From: Proteromonas lacertae
Taxonomy: Eukaryota
DNA length: 64,000 nt
Direction of reading: 5' to 3'
Assembly (NCBI GenBank): GCA_002245135.1
Contig: NGBS01000295.1
Location: 248,001-312,000, forward strand
Shown: piece by piece, positions 50,559-62,833 of the stretch
Layout of the letters: every line of letters begins with the position of its first letter
How positions within the stretch are numbered: position 1 is the stretch's first letter
The notes under the pieces: model-generated
Database searches by the model: none
The model's input: only the letters and a program-made list of their open reading frames with translations
Told to the model about the DNA's origin: nothing
Translations under genes and position numbers: made by a program

Positions 50559-52903
50559 CAGTAATTAAAAGTATATATCATAATATAGTTTAATATAAAT
50601 AGAGTTGATTGAAACAACATATTTACCTGTAGAAAAAGTTGAAGAAGAAGGAAAGAAAATGATTTACAATAAAAATTGTCAACAACCACAACATCAATTA
50701 CAACCTCAACCATGTCAACATCAATATAAACAACAACCATTACAGCCAAATAAATTCATAAGTTTAATCAATGATATAAAAGGGAATTATAATAATTCAA
50801 ATATTAAACCACCATCACCACCTCCACTTCCACTACAGCAACAATATCCTCCACCAATTCCACAATATTCTAATTATTATCCTTCATATATAGATAATAA
50901 TCAAATGCCATTTTATTCTCCACAACCTCAAATCCCTATTCAGAATTATAATGTTAATCAAAACCAACAATTTAGTTATTATCAACCTCCTCCTCCACTT
51001 CCTCCTAATCAACAGAATTATCAATATTTACCACCTATTCCACCTCCACAAATCCAACAAAATCCTTATAAAATGAATTATTATCCACCAATACAACCAC
51101 AATCTGAAGAATATCTAGAAAGAAAACAGATGAAGAAAATGCCTTATTATAAAAGTAAAAGAAAGTATCTGTCTTCACCATCAGAATCATCTGAAGAAGA
51201 AGATATTGTTAAAGAAAATGGAAATATAAAGTATCTTAATCATTATAATATACAAAGACACTCATCATCAACTTCACCATCAACTTCACCATCATCCTCT
51301 TCTTCATCTTCTGAGGAAGAGATTGTTAATAGAAAAAAGAAAGATGAAGATGATAAAGTATTAATTAATATGATGAATTTATATTTTTTTAGATAATTGA
51401 ATTTTTCATGAATGATATTAAAGATATCTTTAAAAATCCAGACACAATCGGAATTAATAAATATGTCGAATATAGTAATGTATATAATCATATTTATAAT
51501 TATACATAGTTTATATTTCCTTGTTTTAATCAATTATCTCCATTATTCAACGAAAAAATCAAAAAGCAATTCATTACAAATAATGTGATAAGAAAATATT
51601 ATTATTCATTAATTGAATCATTAATATATATTTGCTCGTATATATAACAGTTTTATTGTTATGCTAATAGAAAAAGTGATAATTTAAAAAGAACAGCATC
51701 GATCCATTTATTAAATATAGCAATAAACAGTATGAAATATACATTCAATGATTCAAAATTGTTACTATCGTTAAATAAATTGCTTGAAAGTAATAATAAA
51801 TAATTAAATATACTAATAATAGATTGTCGAAACAACCAATTCAAAAAGAATAAAGAATTAGAAGAAATAAAAAAAGAAGTATCAAATAAGCAAATTAATG
51901 AAATTATTTATAAATATTATATAAAAGAAGATGAAAATGATATAAAAGAAGAAGATATAGAAATACTGAAAGAAAATAACATTAAAGAAATAATTTCCAT
52001 ATTATTAAATAAAGAAGAAGTAATATTTAATGAGATAGGTTTATTAATGATAATGGATAGTAAAATTGAATATAAAAGTATAAGTTTATATAGTGTGTAT
52101 TATAAATAGTTGGAGAAGATAAGAAAAATAGAATATTAAAAAAGTTGTTAGATAAATATGAGTGTAAGAGATTGCTTAAATGTTTATGTTTTTTTATTGA
52201 TGATAAAAAAAATATTGACACTATAAATAGTGTTTATGGGAAGAATATTATCATCAATTTATTATATATACACTCTTATTTAAATAAAGAATCCATCATA
52301 CTTTTAATCGAATATTTGAAAGAAAATGACTTAATTGATGAAGTAGAAAAATATAGGATTAGAATAGAACTTAGTAATTCTTTTATAAACGGTGAACTTT
52401 ATGATATATTTTATTATTACCATTACAAACCTATATATCAACTAAATGAAGAAGTATTAATAAAACCATCAATTGAAGGAGAAGGAGGAGTATTTACAGT
52501 TCATCCATCATTACCTGATGGTTTAATATTAGATAAAGAAAGAGGAATAATTCATGGAAGAGTAAATATAAAAACAGAGAAGAAAACATATGAAATAACA
52601 TGGAAAAATGATAAAAGAGAAAAAAAAGAAAGTATTGTAATAGAATTTGAGAATATAGATATGAGTGGTTCATTACAAATACTCATTAAATTATTAACAG
52701 GAAAGACTTTTACAGTAAACGCAAATCCAGATTGTAGTGTGTATTATCTAAAGAAAAAAATATGTTTAATTGAAGAAATACAACCTGATGAAATAAGATT
52801 GATACATAATGGCAAACAATTGGAAGATTGTAAAATACTGTCTGATTATGATATTCATGAAGGTTATATGTTGTATGTAGTGTTAAAATTGAAAGGAGGA
52901 TAA
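49745..52903 (+). CDS. Pseudokinase + Pro/Gln-rich + Ser-rich + shared linker + Ig(He_PIG-like) + ubiquitin-like domain ending LKLKGG; 7 introns
   Basis: In-frame splicing traced from ATG 49745 to TAA 52903. NGNIKPSN, YISPE, DVWSIG; IGLLMIMDSKIEYK linker shared with the BTB genes; Ubl with di-Gly. Confidence 0.78.
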
Positions 52904-52948
52904 ATAACTAGTTTAAAACAATTATACTACTGTTATATTTCTTATTCT

Positions 52949-53782
52949 TCATATTTTATATTCCATATATAAAAGATTATCAACACTAATTCTTTCATTC
53001 ACATTTTTCACAAATATCATACCAAATATCTCTTTATCATAAACTCCTTTAAATTCACAATTTGATAGTAAATATCTACAATTTATTAGATTGTTCATCT
53101 TCTCATATAAACTTCCATTTCCAAATCCACAATATCCATTAACTACTTCATATAATATTGATCCAATACTCCAAACATCAACTTTCTCATTTAACTCTCT
53201 ATTCTCTAGTTCTTCAGGACTTATATATTGTATATTACACTCACAAACTCTCATATCATGTTTCCAGTATTTTTTATTATAGCAATAATCACTTATCTTA
53301 AATTCTAATTCTCCTTTCTCGTTTTTACATAAGAAAATATTTGATGGTTTTATATTTCCATTTATTATCCCATTTTCGTGTAATTCTTTCGTACCTTCAC
53401 ATAAACATTTAATTAATGTAAATATTCCATCACCACTTTCACTATTTAGATTATGAGGCATTGTCTGTAAAGATATTTCGAATTTTGGTAATATGTAGTA
53501 AACACAATATTCCATTAAGTAATATGATACATATTGAACTAAATAAGTAGAATTCATTGCCTTAATTCTGTTTAATATAACACAGAAATCATTTGCTTTA
53601 CTCATATTCTTATCTTTTATGAAGATGGCTTTTAAATAATACATTTTATCGTCATATACATTTTTTATCTCATATAATACACTGCTTTCTCTATTCACAC
53701 AATTGGCGACCTAAAGTTTAGAAATTTATCAATATACCTTATATCCATTCTTGTTAATATCATTAAATAAATTATCACTCAT
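52949..53782 (-). CDS. Truncated duplicate pseudokinase (kinase domain only, new YMEYKI* tail)
   Basis: Translation identical to the 49829 ORF up to SVDNLL, where the inverted arm ends. Confidence 0.7.
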
Positions 53783-55963
53783 TCTATCACTTTGTCAGCA
53801 AGAAAATAAGCAAAAATCTTCAAAATGGCTTGGTAGAAGCTTGATAAAAATTTTGATTTTTTTGTTATTGCAATCCCTTTTTAACTCTTTCCTTTATTAC
53901 GAAAGAAATTGTCTATAAGGGAGATGTATATTAAATATTTTAACTACTTGCTTTAATTAATCAAATAATTTGTTGAATCAAACCTGGCTTTCTATAAACT
54001 GATGATTATTTTAAAAATAACTATTATAGTTACATATTTCAATAAAATGAAAAAATAGAATTACCAAAAAAATCCCCGAATTAAAAACGATCGAATTTTC
54101 ACAAATAATTGGAATGAAATTAATAAATTCTGAAATTAAAGCCAAAGGGTATAACATATATGTAACAGACATATTTATAAATATCTATTATTATAGTATA
54201 GGAAGAACTTTAGTGAATAAAGGGTTTGGAGATATGAAAGTGATAATAAAAGGAGAGAAAGTGTCATGTGTTAAATTCATACTCATTCGTGGAAATAGGA
54301 CCTTTCGTAAGTTAATTGATGATGAAAAATTTGATGGAGAGTTAGAGTTATATGATTGTTGTGATATTGATAGTTTTTTAGAGATAGAGAAGTATTACAG
54401 TGGTGGAACAATGGAATTGAAAGAAAATAATGTATGTAAAATTCTTTTATTCTGTATTTATTATGATGATATGTTTTTATTACAAAAATGTAAGAAATAT
54501 ATTAAAAATCATTTAAATGATTCAATGACTATGGAAATATTTCATTCATTATATGAAGTGAATTGCAAGAATATAAATGATATAAAGGGTATATGTGAAG
54601 ATTATATCAAAAGAAATGGTTATATATATTTAAAAAATGAAGAATTATTATTCAAACTAACAATCGAAGATTTAGAATTAATATTAAGATGTAAAAATCT
54701 GATAATTGAGAATGAAACTTGGTTGTTGAATAGATTATTGAAACGGAAAAATGAAAATGAAAATGAATTAAATGAAGAATTTGTTAAGTTGTTAAAGAAG
54801 TTTGTTCATTTTGAGAAGATAAATGATGAAGAACTATCAAATGAAACAGTGTCAAAAATGAAAGAATTGAACTTATATAATAAAGTAGATAGAACAAATC
54901 ATATATCAATAGATTTAAGAGAGATTGTAAATGATGTAATCAAAAGAATTATATTTAAATACTATGTAGAAGAAGATAAAACTACAATAGAAGAAGATGA
55001 TATACAAATTTTAAAACAAAATAATCTTCAAGATGTCATATCTATATTGTTAAATAAAGATGAAATACAGATGAAAGAAATTGGATTATTAATGATAATG
55101 GATAGTAAAATTGAATATAAAAGTATATATTATGAATAGTATGATTTTATTAATAGTAAGAAATGAAGATAAGAATGTAATATTATTAGAGTTACTGAGT
55201 AAATACAAAAGAAAACCAAGTAATAGAATTATTAAATGTTTAAGCTTTTATGTAGATAATAGAAGAAGTATTGATATTATAGAAAATCTATGTGGAAAAG
55301 AAATGTTATGCAGAATAATGAGTTACCATTATTATTTAGATGAAAATATATTACCTGAAATAATATTTGATAAATCATCAAATAGGAATAATTCAAATCC
55401 TCAGTCTTATTATTTATTACAAACAAATAAAGAAATAATAATTTATCCTTCATGTTATACAGAAGGTGAATTTTCTGCAAATCCTCCATTACCTGAAGGA
55501 TTAAATATTGATAAAAATACAGGAGTAATTCATGGAAAAGTATTAAATAAACTTGAAGAAAAAGAATATGAAATCACTTGTAAAGATGTATATACTTCAA
55601 AGAAGTTTAAAATATCATTAGAATTTGATAATATTAATATTAAGGATGTTTTTACTATTTATGTAAAACAGTTAATCGGCAATTCATATACATTTAAAGT
55701 TTGTAAACATTATACTGTTGATTATGTTAAAGAAAAAATACAGAAAATAGTAGGAATAAAAGTTAGTTATCAGAGATTGGCATATGAAGGTAAAGATATA
55801 GAAGATGATAGAGAGCTATATGATTATGGCATTCATGAAGGCTCTGCATTGTATTTAGTGTTAAGATTGAGAGGATAGAATATGACAAAATATTATTATG
55901 ATTATAACCTTCTAATTATCACATATCATATACATATTTTCTATATATAGTATTTATTGGTGA
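52969..55963. repeat. Right arm of inverted duplication
   Basis: Reverse complement of 47564-50558. Confidence 0.95.
54114..55878 (+). CDS. BTB-BACK + linker + Ig + ubiquitin-like protein, second copy; introns 54149-54196 and 55123-55156
   Basis: Ten amino-acid differences from the 47649-49413 copy, counted from the supplied translations. Confidence 0.82.
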
Positions 55964-56253
55964 AATAAAGAAATATAAATGAATTGCCTAATATGTTATA
56001 ATTTATAGCTAAATAACTATATCAGCTTAAGAAGTGATATATAAACACTAACATTTACTTATACAATAAGAAATGAAATAAAATTGAGAATTATTTCGAT
56101 TTTAAAAATGTAGATCATTAGTACCATATATATCATATACATTCATGATTTCATTACTTTCATATTCCTTTGCATTATAGAATAGAATATGTATTTGTGT
56201 TCCAGAATTTTTCGTTTAAATCCCCACATTTAAAAGATTAATTTTTGATTGAG

Positions 56254-57619
56254 ATGAAATTCTTTTTAATTTGCTTGTTGGCTACAGCTTTTGCTCTAGA
56301 AAACGGTTTAGCTAGAACACCACCAATGGTATAAATGCATAATTTTATCTTTATAGGGTTGGATGTCATGGGAGAGGTTTGCTTAGGTTTTATTATATTT
56401 TATAGATTTATGTGTGAAGTAGACTGTGTGAAACACCCTGATGAATGCATTAACGAACGTTTAATTATTGAACAGATTGATAGAATTGCTGAGGATGGAT
56501 ACAGAGATGCTGGTTATAATGTATATTTGTATTTTATTTTTAATATTAGTATGTGAATATTGATGATTGCTGGGAATCCTACGAAAGAGATGAAAATGGA
56601 AAACTTCAAGCTAATAGCACCAGATTCCCACATGGAATGAAATGGTTAGCAGAGTATGCTGAAAAGAAAGGAGTTTTATTAGGAACTTACACAGATTTTG
56701 GTTATAGAACATGCGGAGGTTATCCAGGTACTTTGGGATATATTGATGTAGATATCCAAACATTCGCTGACTGGAAAATGAACAATCTTAAGGTAGATGG
56801 TTGTTGGGCAGAAACTGCAATCTTCAAGGATGGATATACCAACATCTCAAAAGCCTTTAAAAAAGCTGGAAGAGAAATGGTATATGCCTGCTCATGGCCA
56901 GCTTATGATAATACCGTCGATTTCAGATATTTAAGTGAAATCTGCAACTTATGGAGACCATATGCTGATATTTACCATAGTTGGCATAGTTTGAGTGATA
57001 TTATCAGACAATGGGGTGATCAACAAGCTAGGTATACATAATTATATTTTTAATAAATTCTAATTTACCTATTTATAGATATGCTCCAGCTAATGCTCCA
57101 GGTCATTGGGTAGATCCAGATATGTTAGTTACAGGAAATGCTGGTGAAGGCCTAGGATATGAAGAATACAAAACACAAATGTCATTATGGGCAATATTCG
57201 CTGCTCCCTTATATATGGGAAATGATTTAAGAAATATTACCAATGAAGAGAAGGAAATCATCCTTAATCGTGATATAATTGAAGTAGATCAAGATCCTTT
57301 TGGTGCAGCAGGAAGAATGTACTTCAGAAATGAAATTTACGAAGTATGGGCTAGACCATTAGATAATGGTGATTGGGCCGCTGCTATTTACAATAAAGAC
57401 AACAATAACCAAACTTTGACATTTGATCCTCACTACATTGGTTTAAGAATCCCAACCCAAATCACATTAAGAGATTTATGGTTGCATAAGGATGTAGTTT
57501 CATTAAAACAAGGAGAAATATGGGAAGCTGGAACTTGTATATATATATTTTTGTTTTAAATTATTATTTTTATAGTCAAACCACATGAAACCAAGATTTG
57601 GAGAATCAGATTTGAATGA
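56254..57619 (+). CDS. Secreted GH27 alpha-N-acetylgalactosaminidase/alpha-galactosidase; includes a ~20-nt micro-exon
   Basis: Signal peptide, LENGLARTPPMGWMSWERF.C, IDDCW, RFPHG, LKVDGC, CSWPAY, CNLWR..DI, DPDML, WAI.AAPL.MGND. Confidence 0.92.
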
Positions 57620-57746
57620 GCAATATTAATGTGATGATTCACTAATCTATTGTTGTTTTTGGGGTGTTAATAAAAGAAAATGAAATAATGAAACGAATAA
57701 ATATTTTTGAACATTTTTTATCATTCTTGCTTTTTATATCCAATAG

Positions 57747-58056
57747 ATGGTAAATTACGATAGTTGGGATCAATTTGTAGATGATTCAAAGAGATTATAC
57801 CTTCAAAATCCATTCAAAGTATTATTATTCTCTTCCTTTACTGATTTAGTTTCGTTCAACTCTAAAGTTTCGACGTGATAAAGCAGTTGTTGTAATGAAA
57901 TGCACAGATGATAATCAAGTATTTATTTTGCATTATAAATCATAGTGTTTGAAATTTACCACAGATCAACAGGAACAGTATCGTATAATGGTTGGTTTTA
58001 ATCAATGGCTAATGGAACAAATGGCAGAAGCTCCAGACACTACGTCAGAAGAATAA
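57747..58056 (+). CDS. SRP9: Signal recognition particle 9 kDa protein (83 aa; introns 57819-57849 and 57919-57945)
   Basis: Spliced product MVNYDSWDQFVDDSKRLYLQNPFKFRSTLKFR..VMKCTDDNQCLKFTTDQ aligns with SRP9. Absent from the ORF track. Confidence 0.88.
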
Positions 58057-58220
58057 ATAATCAATTTCTTTGTTTTTTCACATTTTTTAAATTATTAATT
58101 ATTGTAATAGTATCATTTTATGTAATATAAAACAAAACAACATAATAAACGTTCGTTTATTAAAAAAATATATTTATTAGAAATAAAATTTATTATTTAT
58201 TTTCAAAACAAATCTGTTTT

Positions 58221-59017
58221 TTATACATCATCAAATGGATTATCACTTGGTAAATTATTTCCATAAGCATGTTGTGTAACATAAGTACTGGATGGATTTA
58301 CTGGAGCACCACCAACAGCAAATGGATTGTCGCTTTGAACAGCTGCAGAAGGTGCCTATAAAGTATATACTAAAAATACGTCTACATTGTTAACGAGGGA
58401 AGCTTTACGCTCAGTAGATGCTGGAGCAGATTGTACATGAACTCCTGGTTTTTTGCCTGTAGCATCAGCTTTGTATAATTCACCTCCATATGAGAAGGCT
58501 GGATGGCTGTAAACTATCCAACAGTTGAATATTCCATTGACAAATGTGCAGATACCAATGATGATGGATAACCACTCGGTATTAGAAAAACAAAGTGATC
58601 CAAGGCTAAATGTATATTAAAAAGTGATAAATACAATATTAAAAATAAGACACGACCGATCCATGAGAATAAAAAGCCAAAATTCTCACGTATATATGTT
58701 GTAGCAAATCCACATTGTAATTCGAAGACTATTAACATCAATCCAAATACACTATGAATGTGTAAACATTATAATAAGCATACATGGCATAAACACAAAG
58801 CCAGAAAGATATAAAATTGAATTCACATATTTTAAAGGCAAATCCAATGGGGTATAACGCCATTAAAGCTATGCCATTAATTGTATTCACTATTCTCAAC
58901 AACCATAGCACAGTACTTGAGTTAAGGGACTTTATTCTATGAAATAAATATAATAATCACTTACTTATCACCAACTCCTTCTGAAGGAGGCATGGCTGGT
59001 TGAACTTCTTCCTGCAT
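58221..59017 (-). CDS. COPI-associated/TVP15-like multi-pass membrane protein
   Basis: Several TM segments with FG....FE...NFGFLFSWIGR.LF..F; tail with NPF motifs. Confidence 0.7.
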
Positions 59018-59184
59018 CTTCTTTGAACGAGATTAAAAATGAAAAGAAGAATCAGCAAATCAAGATCTTTGGTTTGACACAATCAAGCTTCAAAAATGTT
59101 TTTTGTGTTTTTTGTCAAAACAAAGAGTGAGATATGTTTTGTTTAACCCTCATAATAAAACACAAAGAATAAGTATTACAGTCA

Positions 59185-62100
59185 TTACTTCCTAGCTTGT
59201 TTCCTTCTAGATTGATAAGAATCATCTTCTTCATATTTTCTTTTAATGCTATCGTTACTATCAATTATAGAATCATTCGGACTATTCATTTTCATTATAT
59301 ATCTTTTGTCAGATAGATAATACAAGTAATGCCTAAATAAAATAGAATACACAACATCTATACCTCCAGGATCGATCTGTCTCAAGGTTTCTTCTATTTC
59401 CAACGATGATGAGAATATGTTTAGCTCTTGTCAAACAGACAATCATTCTATTCATCTCATTTAAGAATCCAACTCCATTATCAGTCCTTACACACGATAT
59501 AATTATAATATCTTTCTCTCTACCTTGAAAACCATCGATAGTTTTTACTTCTACATTCTTTATATGATTATCGTGTAAAGATTCACTTATTTTCTTCATT
59601 TGATCTCTATAGGGCGTAACAACTCCTATTTTATTTTCACAGTGAGGACACTTAGAGCAAAATTGTTGAATAATATTTGTAACTGCTTCTGATTCAATAC
59701 TATTTGAAAATGAGTGATCTTTTCCAAGACATTCTTTCTATTATAATATAAATATAAAATAAAAATATATACTCCATCAATATCACAAAATAATAACATT
59801 CTAAAATACTGATGATATTTTGAACTACAAGATGAAAGTAAATTGGATGTATGATAATGAGGATAGAATGTTTTCTTTATATAATGTGCTAATTCTTTAT
59901 GCATTCTATATTGCACACTTAATAACAATATATTCCTCTCATCAACATTTTTAATTAATCTTTCAAATAAACTTTGATTATAGCCAAAATCTCTACATTC
60001 TTGACTGAATATAGTTGGTGGTAATTGTTGTTCATCTCCTACTAGTACTAATCCTTTATGTTGACAAATTAAGGGAATTAAGGAAGAAGGCTCGACGGCT
60101 TGACTACACTCATCCATTATAATCAAGTCTAATGACTTCTTCTTTGTATATTCCTGTAATGGACTATAATAGGATGAACTTAGAGTTGTAAATATCTATG
60201 TAAAATATTAGAAATTATATATATATATATTTATATTTATATACTAATTCAGCTTTATTAAATATATCATCTATTTCATTTGTATTGAATCTTTTCATAC
60301 AATAAGACATATATGTATTAAGTTTCCTTTCATATTTGATTAAATCGTGTTTATTTGACTTTAATTTATCAGATATCTCTTTTCTTTCAGTTGGATCTGT
60401 GGAATTGTCATATTTTAGTTGATTTTCATCTCTACTATTCCTTAAACTCTATTTCATTATAATATATATATATATATATATATAATGTTTATTAAATACA
60501 GTAATCATATTATATATCTTAAGATATTCATTGTTAAGATCTGATCTACAATTTATCAATATTCTCTATGTATAATATAAATATAAATATTATTATTATA
60601 CAAATAACTCAAATTCCTTCTACACTTTCATCTGTTGTTCTCCCCAATCTAATCATAAACGGAGTATTCTTACTATTTCTAATACAAATACCATTCTTCT
60701 TTATTCTCAATAATATCTCATCTACAGCTAAATTTGAAGGTGCACAAATCATTATCTTCTTATTCGCATTAGTAAATCTATCTCTATCCTCAGTTACTGC
60801 ATTTAAAGCTGTTTGAATTATTCCTATTATTGTTCTTGTTTTACCTGTACCTGGTGGACCTTTAATTATTGAGATATTTGGTACTAATGGAGTGTTTATA
60901 CTGAAAACACCACTTCTGATGGCAAATAATTGACTTTCATCACTGTGAAATTCATCAGACATTTTCTATATTATAAGAATATACAGTTTATACTTTTTCA
61001 TATTCATAATTAACTAATGATTTAAATGGTAATATTTGTTCAGATTGAGTAACATCTAATAGAAAATAAATACAATTATATTATATAAATATATACATTG
61101 TCTTTTACGATCTTTTGGATTAATTAAAAATATTGATTCAGCAATATTGGTGAATGATTTAATAGCTTGAGTTTCTCTCAAATAAGTTGTAACATTTTCT
61201 ATTCTTTTCAAATTGTATTTCTTGGTAGTATTAAACATAGTTGGTGGATTTATACAATAAATTAATAATGGAACTTCATCAGTATCACTTATTTCATTAA
61301 TATATAAAGAGAAGGTTTCTAATTTTGTTTTACCACTATCATCACTAATTACAATCAATTCATTTCTCTTTAAATCTCTTGAAAAATGATTATAATCTTC
61401 AACTCTGAAGAATAAAAAGTATAAATTATCTTTTAAATCACATTTTGCATAACTAATAAATGATGACTTATAAATTGGTAAGTTATTGTTTCTATACTTC
61501 TGTCGAAGTATTTCTTTAAACTCTGTATTTGCTGTTGCTTGGAATATTTCTTGATATTGTATTGGATTGTCAAATGCTTCAGGGATTTTTTTAATTGAAT
61601 ATTTCTGTTGAATATTGGATATTTCACTAGATGTTTTTATATCATTTATTATCATCATTTTCATACCTAAAACCCTTATCTTTATATCAATTGATATATC
61701 ATCAAATGTTATTTCTTCAATGATTGATTTATTGTTATCTTTATTATCAAATACATGTTCTTTTACCATCTCAAACTCACGTTTGTCTTTAGATTGCTGT
61801 TGCTTATCCTCTTTCAAAAATGTCAATGCATTTAATAATCTGTTCTTAGATTTGTTTTCTGCACCAGTATCATAATCAATTGAATCTGTTTTTCTTAATG
61901 GAGAAGAAGTAGCTGTAGCTGTAGTTGTTGTTGGTTGAGAAAGTGGATGTTGATTGTTTTTCTTCCTCTTTCTCCTCTATTTGTCTATTCATTGTACGAT
62001 TTACTGGTGTTATATCTGTTTGTGTTGATGTTATTGTTGGTGATGTAATATTATTAACAGTTGTCGTCTTTAGTGGAGTTAGTTTTGAAGTGATTACTGG

Positions 62101-62789
62101 TGGTTGTGGTGGTGATAATGTCATTGCTGGTGATGGTTGGGTAGTGATTGGTGGTGGTGTTGATGTAGTAGCTGATGTTGATGTTGTTGCTACTGATGAT
62201 GATAATGATGGAAATACAACTGTTTGAGCTGCTGACTGTGTTGGAGTTGATAATGATGTTGTTGGTGGTGTAAGAGTTGTTCCAATATCCATTTCATTAT
62301 CACTCTCAATATTATTCAATTCTTCATCTTCAATTTCCATACTATTACTACTACTTAAAGCAGTATATTGAGTAGTAGTAATTGGTTTAACTGGTATAGT
62401 AGTTGATGAAGATTGTGTTTTATTCCGATTGATTGGTTGTTGTTGCTGTTGTTGTGGTTGTTGTTTTGGTGGCAGAGGAGGAGGTGGAAGATCTTCTGTT
62501 GACTTATTCACTTTAAATGTAAAACTAGCTTTACTATTGATATTATTATTATTATTATTAAGACTACTACTGCTATTATGTATTGAAAATGGACTTGGTA
62601 GTATAGTATTTAGATGAGATTGTTCATTGACATTATTATTCTTATAACTGTTAATTGCTTCAATATTTGTTAATGGTGATAATGTAGTTTTACTTACTGC
62701 TTTTGATAATAATTGTGGAGTTTTAATTACTCTTTTCTCACTTGATAATATTGGAGAACTGATTGTAGCAATCTCTTCACTTTTCATAC

Positions 62790-62833
<44 letters not shown>

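Noticed and set aside
47564..55963. DNA transposon (Maverick/foldback) with long terminal inverted repeats
   Set aside because: No transposase, integrase or polymerase; no TSD seen; the arms consist of host-family genes and fade gradually at the outer ends.
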